Assembly (NCBI GenBank): GCA_024704765.1
Contig: JAKMXF010000338.1
Coordinates: forward strand, 154,878-218,877
Source of the DNA: Oopsacas minuta
Lineage: Eukaryota; Animalia; Porifera
DNA length: 64,000 nt
Direction: 5' to 3'
Below the pieces are notes generated by a model. It did no database searches. It had not been told where the DNA came from and saw only the letters and a program-made list of their open reading frames with translations. Shown one piece after another: positions 50,073 through 62,980 of the stretch (within the stretch, counting starts at the first letter, position 1; every line of letters begins with the position of its first letter). The position numbers and the translations under genes were made by a program.

Positions 50073-50376
50073 TACTTTTAGCATTTTTACCTGATTCCAC
50101 AAACACAATACTATAAATTCCTTTTACACTCATAGGACAACATCCGACAAAATTGTGGAGTTCACTAAAATACACAATAAAAGAATACCTAAACCTAGTT
50201 GAATTATTCTCAAAAATGAATTTTAAAAACTGCTATTTTTATTGGTTGCGCTTTTCACTTGGATTAGTCATTACACATGCTGAGGATTTTCATACGGTGT
50301 CATAGGGAGAATGGGGGCGCTGCTTTAGTTCGAATTTTGAGGTTGTCATTAGCCAGCATTTTACATATTGTAAAAA

Positions 50377-50776
50377 CTGGGCTGGGGTTGGTTAACCGAT
50401 TGAGAAGGCGTTTAAAACCGTTTCGATAACAGCAGTTAACCGGTTAACCATCGTATTTATTCTTCACATAACCAGTAATGTTTTATGGCTAAAATTGTTA
50501 CTATCAATGCATAGCCATTATATGTACAATCGTTATGCGATGTTATCATTTGAAACTATTGAAATTTTGAGAACACTGATCTAAAATCTAACATCTCATA
50601 AATGCAAAACTCACAAAATTCGTGTATAATAATTTTCGTATCTCTCAAACGCTTAGGAACAGTAAACACTTTGGTTGAAATGACACTTTTCGGTCAGCCG
50701 AATATATTTTATGCTAGCAGTTAACTGGTATATAGTGACGGTTAATCGGTTATCTGGCTAACCGAATCCAGCTCTG
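50377..50776. mobile_element. probable hAT-type MITE
   Basis: Imperfect TIRs (CTGGGCTGGGGTTGGTTAACC / GGCTAACCGAATCCAGCTCTG), GGTTAAC subterminal motifs, partial 8-bp TSD. Confidence 0.45.
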
Positions 50777-51873
50777 GTAACAAGTTTGAATCAATATAAT
50801 GTATAATTTGAACTATTGAATTGAGGTTTGTAATCAAATATTGGTTTATAATACATGATACTGAGAAAACAGATGAAAATACTAGTAAGACATAATATAT
50901 GGTTAGGCAGTGAAGATTTGGAATCAATCTTATATGACCGAATCCAGTTAGACAAGGTTGTCCTAACTCTTCAATCCTTTCGCTAAAACAAAAACAGCAT
51001 ACAGCATGTCTACAAGGAATGAAAAGGCATGTGGTTGTACGGGTTAAGGAGATCGCCCCTCAAAAAATGAACTTCACCTTTGAACTTAACTAATGTTGGA
51101 TTTGGATAGGATACTAGTATTGCTCAAATTAAGTCAATGGGACCGTCATCGTACAATGAATATATTTTGAGATTTACCATGTTGAAGCATGAAAAGTGTA
51201 TTAATCCATAGTATGGTTACCCAGAGATAACTACACTACAATAATATGGAAGTTGTTTTGACTGGTTTACAATGTTTACAATGTCTATGACTCTTGCATA
51301 GCGAAGAGTTTTTGTTCGATTTCTTTATCAAAAAAATTCTTTGTGACTTAGAATCTATGACGTCATAAATCCATGACAATTTGTGTTCAAATTTCATAAA
51401 ACTTTTTCACTGATTAAAAAACTTACAAATCGGCTTCAAGTGCTTGGTGAGATGAGGATTTGGAGTCTTTTTTACTACACAAGTCCAGTTCAAATATTTC
51501 TATATTTTTACTCATGCCTGGGCAACCGAGTCTCTTTTTTTCAAATTTCACTCAATTTTTGTTCGTTTTACACTGTATTTATATGTCAACATGGTTACTT
51601 TGATGCATTAGTCGTAAAATGTCAAAATATCCCAATAAATGAGGAAGCACACTATCTCCCAGTCTCTTAGATGGTACTTTTTACCCAAGTATTTTGAAGG
51701 TAAATCTCATTTTTAAGGATTATCTGATATTTTTCAGAAATTTTTGACAATATACATTCAATGATTTCCTCGTAATAAACTGCATCAGTATATTAATTTT
51801 TCATATTACGTATAAAATAGTTGTATAAAACTATTGTTATGTTCAAATATATTGTTAGTACATAATAAAAAGT

Positions 51874-52550
51874 TCAATTTTCGCAGAATTTGTCGGGCCT
51901 TCTCAATTTGGATTTGGCCCTGAGTCCACCATGGTTCTCAAATGTTTGAGTGTCCACGTTTCTTCTCTCAACTCCTACTGTCTGGATCTCAGTGGAAACA
52001 CTAGTCTGGGATCCTAACAACTTGGAAGACAACGTAGTTGTCTCCAGATTAGTACTCCTCTGGTTCTCTTCTAATTTCTTCAATGTATCCAAGATCTCAT
52101 ACTGGCTGAAATTCATTTGATCTTGTCTCTCCTTCATTTTCCATTGATTCACAGCTAGTTGGTCCATTTTATCGACAACATCTTCTACAGCTTGCTGAGT
52201 TAAACGACTACTGGATACCATACTATGATACATAGCCTCCATCCTTGGTATCACCCCGATTATCTGCTTATAATCGTCTGACTGTAAGCCTCCTAAATCA
52301 TTCGAGTATGACTGTACTGTAATGGTATTACACAAAGTGTAATCAGCTGAACAGTATTCTCAGTCGCGCTACAATTGGGCAGCTCTTCATCAATACAGAT
52401 CGTTTTTGTAGTCACTGTTAAACAATCAGCAATGCCATCATCTTGTTTTTGTGGAGGGTTCTCGTTATTGGGATGTTCAATTGTAAACAAACAGGGTAAG
52501 AAACGTTTCGCCATTGTGAGCAGAGCCTTCAGTAAGTATTTATCAAACAT
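51874..52550 (-). CDS. second gene of the Kolobok-like element, coiled-coil protein (two overlapping frames)
   Basis: 85-aa and 153-aa ORFs overlap with a 1-nt frame change; heptad-like QQAVEDVVDKMDQL...ILDTLKKLEENQR. Confidence 0.4.
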
Positions 52551-52711
52551 AAATAACTAACACATTAGTCGAACTGTGAGAGAAATTCAAACATAATTGT
52601 GTACAAATTATGATACATATTACTATCTCAGATATATACATATAAAATGAAGATAGGTCAGGATAAACTAAGGACAATTTCTGGACAAACTACAATATCC
52701 ATCAACATTCG

Positions 52712-55273
52712 TCAACACTTGTCACATCTCCACTCGTCTTCTTCGTAATCGTCATTCTCATCCAAACCCACACAAATATAATGATACCAGGCACTACATG
52801 GATCACACATTATCCATTTTAACAATTCACTATGAACAAATATGTTTAGTTCATCTATTATCCCATCTTCCTCCCCCCTCCCACAAATTCCACACTTTTC
52901 AACATCTGTCTGGGATGTTGGAACTACGGGAACCTCTGATATTATTTCGGAAGGTATAGGCTCGTCCACCGCTTCATCCTCAGGATTTTCAATATTAGAA
53001 AAACTAAATTTCCCACTTTCATACCCCTTACCAAATTGCCGAATACTTTGAGTACGTTTTCGCTGGCGCTTCAGACGGGTAGCAAATCGCTTATGTTGCG
53101 TTTCTTTTAATTTACCACTGGCCTCAACACGGTTCTTATCTAAATTAGATTGCAGTTCAATGATACCAGGATGAATTGTAACTCCCAACCTTTCCAAAAT
53201 CCCTAAAACTGCCCTATATCCTTCATTATACCGAATCACGGCTAGAGCACTCCCTAATTTCATTACAGATAAGCCAATCGCATCTGTCTTCCGCACCATT
53301 GAAAATAAAATATTATGAGCAGCCTCATTGTTATTACTGGTATGCGCATGCGCAATTTTATTTACAAAGAATTCTGTATCATAGCGGTATTTTGAAAAAA
53401 CAGCTTGTACCAACTCTACAGAGTCTGGACTCAAACATTTTGGGTGCTTAGGTGGGGTTTTGCCATGTGAAATGGAATTTTGATAGAGGCACCATGACCC
53501 CACCCCCTTAGGACAAAATTTGTGATTTGTTTCGGAATTAAATTCATTAGCCCCGAGATGTAAAGGGATAGCCCGAATTGATTGTAATATCAAATCGGGA
53601 TTACCCAAACTTTGTCTAACAGCAAGTAGATAAAAAGATGTTATTCGGGAACACATTTCATTCGTAAGAAATCGGATATCAGTAGAGTGACTCTTTACCT
53701 GAGGAACCTTTTTGGATTTTGAATCGATGTAAATAGCTTCCTCAGGACTTTCCCCCCATGGGCCCCGTGAAACATTTTTCCGCACTAATTGACCCTTGAA
53801 TTGGGTGTGGACAAGTCTTTTTGCTTTCTGTGAATCCATCCCTTCCTTTTCAAGATATTTCAACTCAAATTTCTTGCTCGCTCGGGCCTGTTTTAGCTTA
53901 TCCTTTTGGTGTTCTATCAAATGGCCCTTCATGCACTTCCCTACATGAGCTAGGCACTCATATCTCTGGATGATATGTAGAGGAATAGTGCTTGCGTAGG
54001 GATTATGCTCGGTGACCTTGGCAAATGTTTTTGCGTCCCCATCGCAAACAAGACCATCAAAAATAATGCCCCGTTCAAGTGCATGACTTATAATAGTAGG
54101 TGCTAGTTCGCTCTCAAGTGACACGGAAGCGTATTCACTAAACTTGGCGGGGCAGGTGAGCCTGTGGGAATCGACCAATTCGTCATATTCCAATTTCTCT
54201 ATCTTATTTTGCTCTAACTGGTTGGCATATTGAGTGCATTTTGGACAGCTATTACAGGCCACATCATAAGCAAGAATTTTGCCTAAACTCATGGATATCA
54301 CAGAGCCAAAACAATATCGAGAATGACCACCAGCTCCTCTGTTTGATCTTTTCTGGTACGCGCCATCGAAGGAACCAATTTCATGAACTAACCCCAGTTG
54401 ATCCTGGCCAAATTTTAAAACTAAATCACTTGAGGCTCGCTTCATTGAATCATCAGCAATCGACTCCGCCACAATTAACAGATCTTTTTGCTTGTCAGCA
54501 AAAGGCCTAGGCGGGAGTCCAATGCCTATCATAGAGTGATAAATATCCAGCCCATATTTTCCCACTCCGATGAGGCGACCAGCCAGGATGGTTTGGTAAA
54601 CAGCATCATTCCGTTTCGTTACTAATCGATCATCAATTGAAATCCTTGAAGAAAATTTACCAGATATAGTCCAAAAATCCCTGCCTGAACCACAAAAATC
54701 ACAACGTAGGGTAAGACAATATGCAAAACAGCTACGAATACCTTTGTTCCAAATAGACATATTACCGCTACGACATGCAGCACAAAGAGTACAATCAAAT
54801 AACGAATTCAAAACAGAACTATCAATTACTAAATTTGACCTTAGCTTTGATACCTTCACTTCTTCTTCCTTCATGGAATGGTCTCTCACAGTAATATCAA
54901 AGGTAGGCAAACACGCCTTCTTCTGGAAATTAGTACCTAACTTTTCGGCTGCACTAGATGAAATACCAGGTAGTTCTAATGACAATTGCCCCTCAAATGA
55001 TTTTTCACACCTTGATACCTGGGTGGATTTGAAAATATCCTTTTTTTGAGTGGGCTTAGTAAATTGAATACTTGCTCTCTTCGGAACTTTTGACTTGCGC
55101 ATACCAAAAGCCCTCCTATATTTTCGTTTACGGGGCACGGAGGGTGTATCAACACCTGAGGTTGTAAGCCTAACCTCTTCCACTATTTGGGAGAGACCCA
55201 TACATGGAAACTTACCTGTACTTGAACTGCTTCTGCAATCTTCTTCATCTGGAAAATAAACTGGATCGGACAT
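52712..55273 (-). CDS. 853-aa DDE transposase (Kolobok/Mutator-like type) with C-terminal PHD finger
   Basis: CxxC pairs; GSFDGAYQKR (D), LVCDGDAKTF (D), ECLAH, NNNEAAHN (E); C4HC3 PHD finger CGIC...WIMCDPCSAWYHYICVG...WRCDKC. Confidence 0.85.
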   Translation of the reverse strand: MSDPVYFPDEEDCRSSSSTGKFPCMGLSQIVEEVRLTTSGVDTPSVPRKRKYRRAFGMRKSKVPKRASIQFTKPTQKKDIFKSTQVSRCEKSFEGQLSLELPGISSSAAEKLGTNFQKKACLPTFDITVRDHSMKEEEVKVSKLRSNLVIDSSVLNSLFDCTLCAACRSGNMSIWNKGIRSCFAYCLTLRCDFCGSGRDFWTISGKFSSRISIDDRLVTKRNDAVYQTILAGRLIGVGKYGLDIYHSMIGIGLPPRPFADKQKDLLIVAESIADDSMKRASSDLVLKFGQDQLGLVHEIGSFDGAYQKRSNRGAGGHSRYCFGSVISMSLGKILAYDVACNSCPKCTQYANQLEQNKIEKLEYDELVDSHRLTCPAKFSEYASVSLESELAPTIISHALERGIIFDGLVCDGDAKTFAKVTEHNPYASTIPLHIIQRYECLAHVGKCMKGHLIEHQKDKLKQARASKKFELKYLEKEGMDSQKAKRLVHTQFKGQLVRKNVSRGPWGESPEEAIYIDSKSKKVPQVKSHSTDIRFLTNEMCSRITSFYLLAVRQSLGNPDLILQSIRAIPLHLGANEFNSETNHKFCPKGVGSWCLYQNSISHGKTPPKHPKCLSPDSVELVQAVFSKYRYDTEFFVNKIAHAHTSNNNEAAHNILFSMVRKTDAIGLSVMKLGSALAVIRYNEGYRAVLGILERLGVTIHPGIIELQSNLDKNRVEASGKLKETQHKRFATRLKRQRKRTQSIRQFGKGYESGKFSFSNIENPEDEAVDEPIPSEIISEVPVVPTSQTDVEKCGICGRGEEDGIIDELNIFVHSELLKWIMCDPCSAWYHYICVGLDENDDYEEDEWRCDKC

Positions 55274-56173
55274 TTGTAGAAATAGAAATAGAGATAGGTA
55301 GATGTGTATTCAAAAGAAATATAGTGAAGCTACTCATAAAACGTAATATTAGTAAAATGTGCTTGTGAAATAATAGCAAAAATTGCAAAAAAACAAATTT
55401 ATGAAGTACAAAAGGACTGTGTTGAACTTGAACTCAGATCCTCGAAAAGAGTTATTACTATTGTATTTAAATTTACATTCAGTTTTTCATCCAAAAATGA
55501 ATAGAAAATTAAAAATATACTGAATTATAATAATTGACAAAATTTCGCAAAAATTGAAAATGTGATCTAACTTCATCTTGTGATAAGTCAATTAAAACTA
55601 GTGATCATTTGTTTATACTGGATTTTTAGACCCTTTGGACACTTCAGTATATATTTATCCAAAAACATCACTTTTGAACGATCTCGAAAATTTTCGAAAA
55701 TTTTGAGGGGCGATCACCTTAAGAGGCACACAGCAAATATACTTTCTGTATTATTACTTATCTGATGCTCTTCTTTGGGCTGCTAAGAATCCTTCGAGAT
55801 TAAAGCTTCAGTGGCTTCGAAGTTATCATAGTTTTTCCTATTGCTTGTAGAAACTCTCATGGTGAATACAGTCAATCAATTAATCTTCTTTGAATAAACT
55901 TCTTTGTTCATCATTTTTATGTGTTTCGTTTTCTTAGCCTACTTATTTCTTTTCCTTATCGTAAACGCCCAATTTCATTATCCGTATCCAGTATTATTTA
56001 GCGTTTTCATGAAACTCAATACCGGGGATGGCCAGTATATAATAGACTTGAGTATGGAATTTATACCCATTTCCCCAAATTTCCACATTGTCTATTTCTG
56101 GTCAGGAATGTAACGGAAAAACGTAGTTATAGACAAAAATGTTTACCATGTCAAGGAACCAGACTAGCCTTAG

Positions 56174-56272
56174 GGTGATTGCTCCTCAAATTTTAGGGAA
56201 ATTTTCGAAATAGTTCAAAAGTGAGGTTTTTGCATTAACATATACTGAAGTGTCCAAAGGGTGTAAAAATCG
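56174..56272 (+). repeat. diverged extra copy of the Kolobok-like element end (~100 bp)
   Basis: GGTGATTGCTCCTCAAATTTT...CTGAAGTGTCCAAAGGG is the reverse complement of ~55620-55718. Confidence 0.8.
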
Positions 56273-56331
56273 AGGTTAACCCAGCGGTAGCTATGTTGTT
56301 CCATTAGGAACCCCTGTCACGAAATTATGCC

Positions 56332-56665
56332 CAGACCCCATAGCCAACCGTAGTCTTCATATTGGGGTCTACAGAGACCCTATAGCCAACTATAATCTTC
56401 TAATTGGGGTCTACAGAGAACCCATAGCCAACAGTAATCTTCATATTGGGGTATACAGAGACCCCATAGCCTACTATAATTTTCTAATAGGGGTCTACAG
56501 AGATCCCATAGCCAACAGTAGTCTTCTAATTGGGGTATACAGAGACCCCATAGACAACTGTAATCTTCTCATTGTGGTCTACAGAGACCCCATAGACAAC
56601 TGTAATCTTCTCATTGTGGTCTACAGAGACCCCATAGCCAACTGTAGTCTTCTAATTGTGGTCCA
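56332..56665. repeat. 42-bp tandem repeat, 8 units
   Basis: Consensus CAGAGACCCCATAGCCAACTGTAATCTTCTAATTGGGGTCTA. Confidence 0.93.
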
Positions 56666-59415
56666 TAGGCGCACCCCTGAGACAATCTTTTGAGGTGGGA
56701 AGACCGATGTTCTTCTTATTACATTTTCTGCCTGATCATTTGGCTACAGAGAGATCTTCACATCAATTTTGGCTAATATGATCTTCTATGACTATTCTGA
56801 CCAAGCTTGAACAGCCAAGACCGAATGTTGCCCAAATGTAGACTTAGGTGTGGTCATGATGCACAATTATATACAAATCGGCCATACGCCGTGCATATTT
56901 GTGGCTCATTGTATAGTTGCTAATTGGCTTATTAAATTTCTTAAAGGTGCCAACAGCGGGGGCCTTCGGAATTGTCGCGGATCTCCCCCTCTCATCGGCG
57001 TAAGAAGAATTCGGAAACAATTAGGCATAAATATTCCTGGTACATTTTGTATTATTTGGTCCCGTATCGCCATACAACTTGAGATATAATAAAATATTGC
57101 GTTGTACCACTTTTGAAATGGATGTGCCGCACTTGAAAATAATGTAGTTATCAAAATGCCTCAGATATTGTTTGCTAGTGTGGGGAGCTAAGCCCTCCAA
57201 ATAGTGTTGCTAAACTGTGAATTGTTCAAAGCCGGACACACCAACTTGTATATTCCGAAATATCAGTATAAATTTCCCTTTTAAAGAAGTTATTTGTTGC
57301 CTCCTTTATGTCAAAAGGTACTGAATTTTGAGCCCATTATAACGAAGTCCGTTCATTACAACTCCAGTTGAACCTTTTACGAACTTGGCCTTAAGTTTCT
57401 AATAGTAATTAACAAACAATGTGCATTTAACGTAAATCTGAGAGTCATTTAATTATCTTGTTAACTATCAACCGCAAGTTGTAAGATTTGGTATTATCAA
57501 CCGTAGTTTTCAGGCCTATCAGATTGTATCATTAATTTGTCGTATATATACAGTATGTCCCGAAAGTCTCTTCCTATAGTAATTTTAGATATAATAGACT
57601 AACAAAACTTGATTAATTGAATTCAAATATTCTGAACTCGATTTATTGAATATTCAAACAATTGTGAATACATTAGATCAAGTGATATAGGCTTATCAAC
57701 TACAGAGACTTCTTTAGCAGCATTTATTTGATCTCGAATATTCCTTCTCAAAATAATGTCCGAATCGTTACATTCCTCTCAGAATTTATTTCGTGCAACG
57801 GCTATTGGAATGTTAGAGGCCGGAGTTACGCAGAAACAGTTGTCCCAAGCCCTTGGAAGGACCACACAGACCATCAGCAATTGGTGGAAATGAAATAAAT
57901 TGGACCAGAGTCTCAGCGATAAACCGAGGTCAGGAAGGCCTTTATCGCTCACAAGGACAGCGAAAATAGTTATTTCCAAATCTGTTGGTAAGAGGCACCA
58001 ATCTACACGAAAATTGGCAAAGAGACTAAACGTTCGTGGACACCCGATTTCCAAATCAGCGGTGCATCGCTATTTGAGAGAAAATCTTGGTCTTAAGAGC
58101 TACAAACGGCCACATCAGCCAAAATTGGCCGATAAACAGAAAGATCATCGCCTAAATTTCTGTAAACAAAGGCTATTTTGGTCGGCTGAGCAATGGAGCA
58201 ATGTTATTTTCTCCGATGAAGCTCCGTTTTATCTATTTCAGCCTTCCAACCCACAAACCGATTGCGTCTGGAGTTCCGATGCCAAAAATGTCCCGCGGTC
58301 CTCACTATTAAGTTTTCTTCTCATCTTGTGGTTTGGGGGGCTATGTCGGCGCGTGCTGTATCAGAATTACACATTCTGCCACCCAAATTCACTGTAAATG
58401 CCAAGTACTATGTTGATGAGATACTAACTTGACCTTGTCAAGATTCGTTTGCTCGCAAAAGATATACTGGTACAATTCTACGGCGAAGACTTTGCCAAAA
58501 CATGTCCAATTCTGTTTTCCAACAGGATGGAGCTCCCGCTCATACATCAAAATTAAGTCAGCAGTGGTGCCAACTGAATCTTCCAAACTACTGGGCGAAA
58601 GAAGTGTGGCCAGGCAACTCTCCTGATTTATCTCCAATTAAGAACTTGTGGGCGTATGTGAAAAATGAACTTTCTGAGCTACCACACAGTGGCACACCCC
58701 CTGGAAATTGGTCAAAATTTCAATCCGATATTTAGTTACCATTTAAAGTTCATTGGAAAGAGAAATATCCAATTACTTGAAATGTCTAAAATTGTTATGA
58801 TCCAACATATAGTTTAGGAACAACTGGAATGTATATAAGCATTACAATTTCTTGCTCAGAAATTATTCTTGAAAACCACAGATATTCATTTATATCAATG
58901 AACTTAAATTCCAGCATCTAAGCAACTAATACATTCCAAAGCCTTCATTCCATTGCATTTTCGACTACTCTCTTATTATAGTGATTATATAAGCGGAGTT
59001 CAAATAATAAATCCTTAAAATAGCTCAAATATTTTGATAAATTTTTCTGTTGGATTTCTGTCGTCACTCAACTTCGAAGTCTCATAACTTCATCTGTCGC
59101 GTTCTGTCAAGTTGTCTCATGAGTTTTATAAGACAGCATTTTTAATTCTCTATAAAATACAACAATTTCCAGGTTCCCGAAAATTCGCGCAAATATAGTT
59201 TCAATCACATGAACTTTTGAATTTATCTAATATTTTGAATAATTCTCTTTTCAAAATTTATATAAATATTATGGTTGCTTAGCGATATAATCAAAGCGTG
59301 AAGTAATTTACATTTTTATGCTTGTGTTTACAAAATTCAGCTTGTAATTAATATAAATAAATGTTACCATCACGTATTTTTACAAAGATTCCATTAAAAA
59401 ATCAACACTCTTCTA

Positions 59416-60720
59416 CAGGGTTGGGCATAAGTTCTGCCACATTTTTAAATAACTATATTTTCCGATTGATATATTGTATTATGTTGAAATTCGGTATGTA
59501 CTACTAAATATAGTATATAGATTCGCAGATACGTTAATTATTCGATGTATCCTCCTTTTCTTTCAATTACAGCCTTTAGTCTCTTAGGGAAGGCCTCTAC
59601 AGCGGCACGGAGTATTTCTTGGGGTATTCTCTCCCATTCTCGACACAAAGACTTTTTCAGAGAGTCTATATTAGTGTGAGACTTCAAACATGCCCTCGTT
59701 TCCAAAATGGACCAGATAGAATAATCCATTGGATTTAAATCGGGGCTGTATGGTGGCCATTCTTCCTTTTGGATAAAATCTGGATTATTGCTTCGAAGCC
59801 AGGCCTGAGTGGCATTCGATGTGTGGGCTGGAGCACCATCTTGTTGGAACACGAAAGGTTTCCCAGAAAACATAGTTTTAGAGAGATCTTGTATTACAGG
59901 TTCTAAAATAAGCTCACGGTAGGTTCGGGTGTCGATTTTTACGCCAGCAGGCACGAATATGAGTGGTGTCCGGCCAATTGATGATATTCTCGCCCAAACC
60001 ATGACTGAATGTGGCTTTTGTATACGGCTGACATATCGAAGTTCTTCTGGGATAGAAGAAATTGAGGATGAGATAATGCGATCATTTTGAGGGTTCGTTG
60101 CTTCCTCAATGGTGAATAATTTCTCATCTGAGAACAGGAATGAATTGAGACCATGGATCGCGTGCCTCTTAAGAAGTCCCTTGCTTCTCGATGCTCTTTT
60201 TGCCTTCACTAGGGTCATGGACTCTCTTTCTCTTGAAAGAGCGCATATGCAAGTCATTTTTAACAACTCGTCCGATTGATCTACGTGAAACTCTTAGTTC
60301 TTTGGCCATTTTGCTCATTGACCGGCGGGGATTTCGGCGAATTCGTTGACGTACTACTTTTTTAAGCCTTTGTGTCGTTACAGACCGTGGACGGCCAGAT
60401 CTTGGTTTATCAGTAATCCCGCCAGTCACTTCATATCGCTCAATAGTTCGAGTAATGAACTTCCTTCTGCTATTAGGGAATTTCAGAAGATTGAAGATTT
60501 CTGAAGGATTATTTCCTGCTTGAAATAATTCAATGATTTTCGACCTCTCTTGCTCCATGACCAATTATCGCTTCAAAAGGCTAAGATAATATAAAATTTC
60601 AGGGAAAGAGTGAAAAATATATATTATAACAAAGTTTGAGCTAAATGACAGATACAAATAACTAATGGAATAATTTTTGGCTGGATTATAATATTGTGGC
60701 AGAACTTATGCCCAACCCTG
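59416..60720 (-). mobile_element. maT-type (DD37D) element inserted in the RAG1-like 5' non-coding region
   Basis: TIR CAGGGTTGGGCATAAGTTCTGCCAC, TA TSD; empty site TTCTACTGTG present in copy 1; FLFSDEK, QQDGAPAH...SPDLNPMD. Confidence 0.95.
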
Positions 60721-60873
60721 TACTGTGAAAAAACGTTTCGTCAAAAGTTCCTTAATTCTTAGATTTCAGAATGTATTTTATAAGCTTATAAAACAAACAT
60801 GCATATATATATAATCTTACTTTTGCCCTGTGTTTACAATTTGTTAATAAATAATATATTAATTATCTAGAAA

Positions 60874-62980
60874 ATGAACAAGCTTCAAGCTTTTCAGTTT
60901 TATTGTGAGCATAAATTACTTAGCACCCGTTCAATCGCAGACCAATTTATTTCAACTCATGGTTTTGATCGAGATCAGCGAAATTTCTTTTGTCTGAAGT
61001 TCAATGATATTCAAAAAGAGAGAGCCTCCTTTCATAAATATTCGGACCTTGATACTTGGAATTCCATGTGCTTCTGTCCTCTACCATAGAAACCTAGGTT
61101 AAGTGCCTCTTCTTCATTAACCATTAACTTTGAAGGAGACTTTAATCTTTCAAAAAAGAAATCGCTCGCTGACTTAACGACCAAATGTTTGAGAAATCGG
61201 CTCTCTTCTCTTAAGTCTCACCTCGAATCAGTCGCTGAAAACGAGCATGTAACGCCAAAGACTCTTGCAACTTATCTCTTATTACTTTGTTGCAATGAGG
61301 AGTAGGACATGAATAGTGCCAATGTTTGTAAAGAGATACTCGAGAAGGGAAACTCATCTCCTATCTACCCACAATTATCACTTGATAAATCTGCCTTTCT
61401 TTTCGATTCGCTTGAGATCGGTAAAACAAAGTATTTAGAACTTCGGCGTACGTTACTATCTGAAGATCTCAAGTTACCAGGCTACAATAGTGTAGCTAAA
61501 CATCGGGCTCAAATTATTTTGCTGGATGAGGTGCGTATAATTCATAGAGAATTTCCATGTGGAGTAGGTATTACTTACACCAGACTACTCACGCATATAG
61601 TTGAACGAATTATATCTAACTTAAGTCCTGATAACCTTGTCTATCCGCTGAAAGTTCGAGTATCCGATGGCTTAGATGGATCTGGGTGTCATCGAGTTTA
61701 CCAGCAAGCTATATCTAACCCTGACCTCTCGACTAAAACCTTCATTTTATTTGGTTTCAAAGTTAACTCAATCATAAATGCAAATGATCGTATCCTATGG
61801 AAACCTCATCATCCGAATTCGCCATTTTGCACTCGACCAGTTGCCCTCTTAGCCCTACCAGAAAATGAAGAGAGTGTCAAGTTTTTGATGGACTCATTAA
61901 TAAATAACGAAACTTCAACTATCGAAGAGAGTGGTTTGTGTTTACACAACGGAAATGCAGAGGTCAAGATCATTAGATCTCATTTCGATACAAAGATGGC
62001 AAAAATCTTAAGCGGTGCTGGTGGTGCTAATTGTCAAATATGTACTGCAACGTTCCAACAGATACACGATATTAGCATAGTTCAAAATGGCTTTCCCATA
62101 AATAGGACTATCCGTGATGCACGTGATGTATTTGATGAGGTTGATGAGGAAGTATTTTTGTCTTTACCAACAAATCAAAGATTCAATTTAACACACAAAC
62201 CGATCTCAGAAAAAGACATCATCTCAGCTTCTCCTCTACATGCATATTTGAGAACATTTAGTTGGTTCCTATTATTGATTTGCCATTTACAGTGTGGTGC
62301 TATCCAAAAATGGTCACCAACTTCGCCAATAATCTTGGGGCCAAGAAATTTACTACTAGCCTTATTGAAGAAAAACTTAGTATATCAATTGACACACCAT
62401 CAGTCCAAGGAGGAACCACCACAACCGGAAATGTTGTTCGGAGATGCTTCACACGTAGCGATGATACTGTGCAAGATTTTCTCTATTGGGTGTTGACTGT
62501 TGTTCCTCAAGAGACACATCAAGTTGTCACTACAATCTTTAATAATTTGAGTGCTATCCTGAGATTGTATAATAGCAACAGGAAAGTGGATACTGAAGGC
62601 CTTGATAATGTATGCCGAGAGACTTACGAATCCATTTTAACCAATTTTCATGGGGACATGTAACCCCAACTTTACATAAACTTCTAGCCCATGCACCACA
62701 AATAATTGCAGATCATAACGATTGGTTTGGCTTAGAAGCTTTGTCTGAAGAAGGCCTTGAATCTTGCAATAAATTGGTCAGGCGATACCGTGAGAGACTC
62801 TCAAGAAAATTTAGCTTTGAAGACAACGTTAAAGATGTGTTCGTCAGGCTTATCTCTCAAAGTGATCCAATATTAGCATCATCTCTTAATATTACCAAAA
62901 ACGATTCGGAGCCAGATCTATCTGAGTTAAAGAGCTGTCAAGATATTTTGGTGAATTCTCTAATTACAAATACGTTATAG
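60874..62980 (+). pseudogene. RAG1L: RAG1-core-like transposase, copy 2 (two nonsense codons, two 1-nt deletions)
   Basis: TAG at 61087 and 61303, frameshifts near 62334 and 62650 relative to copy 1; same catalytic motifs. Confidence 0.9.

Larger units (their letters stand above)
51048..55718 (-). mobile_element. Kolobok-like DNA transposon (4671 bp), apparently complete
   Basis: TTAA on both sides (51044-47, 55719-22); 18-bp TIRs GG(A/T)GATCGCCCCTCAAAA (17/18 match); GG termini; intact transposase plus a second small gene. Confidence 0.8.

Noticed and set aside
54241-55049. Plus-strand ORFs opposite the 853-aa transposase, and similar antisense ORFs over Tc1/hAT genes
   Set aside because: Shadow frames of real minus- or plus-strand coding sequence
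51048-56272. KolobokP-type long terminal direct repeats or His-Me nuclease
   Set aside because: The extra end copy at 56174 is inverted and short, and no His-Me finger ORF is visible
56332-56665. CRISPR-like array (palindromic repeats at regular spacing)
   Set aside because: Units are contiguous and near-identical with no unique spacers; no cas genes; eukaryotic context
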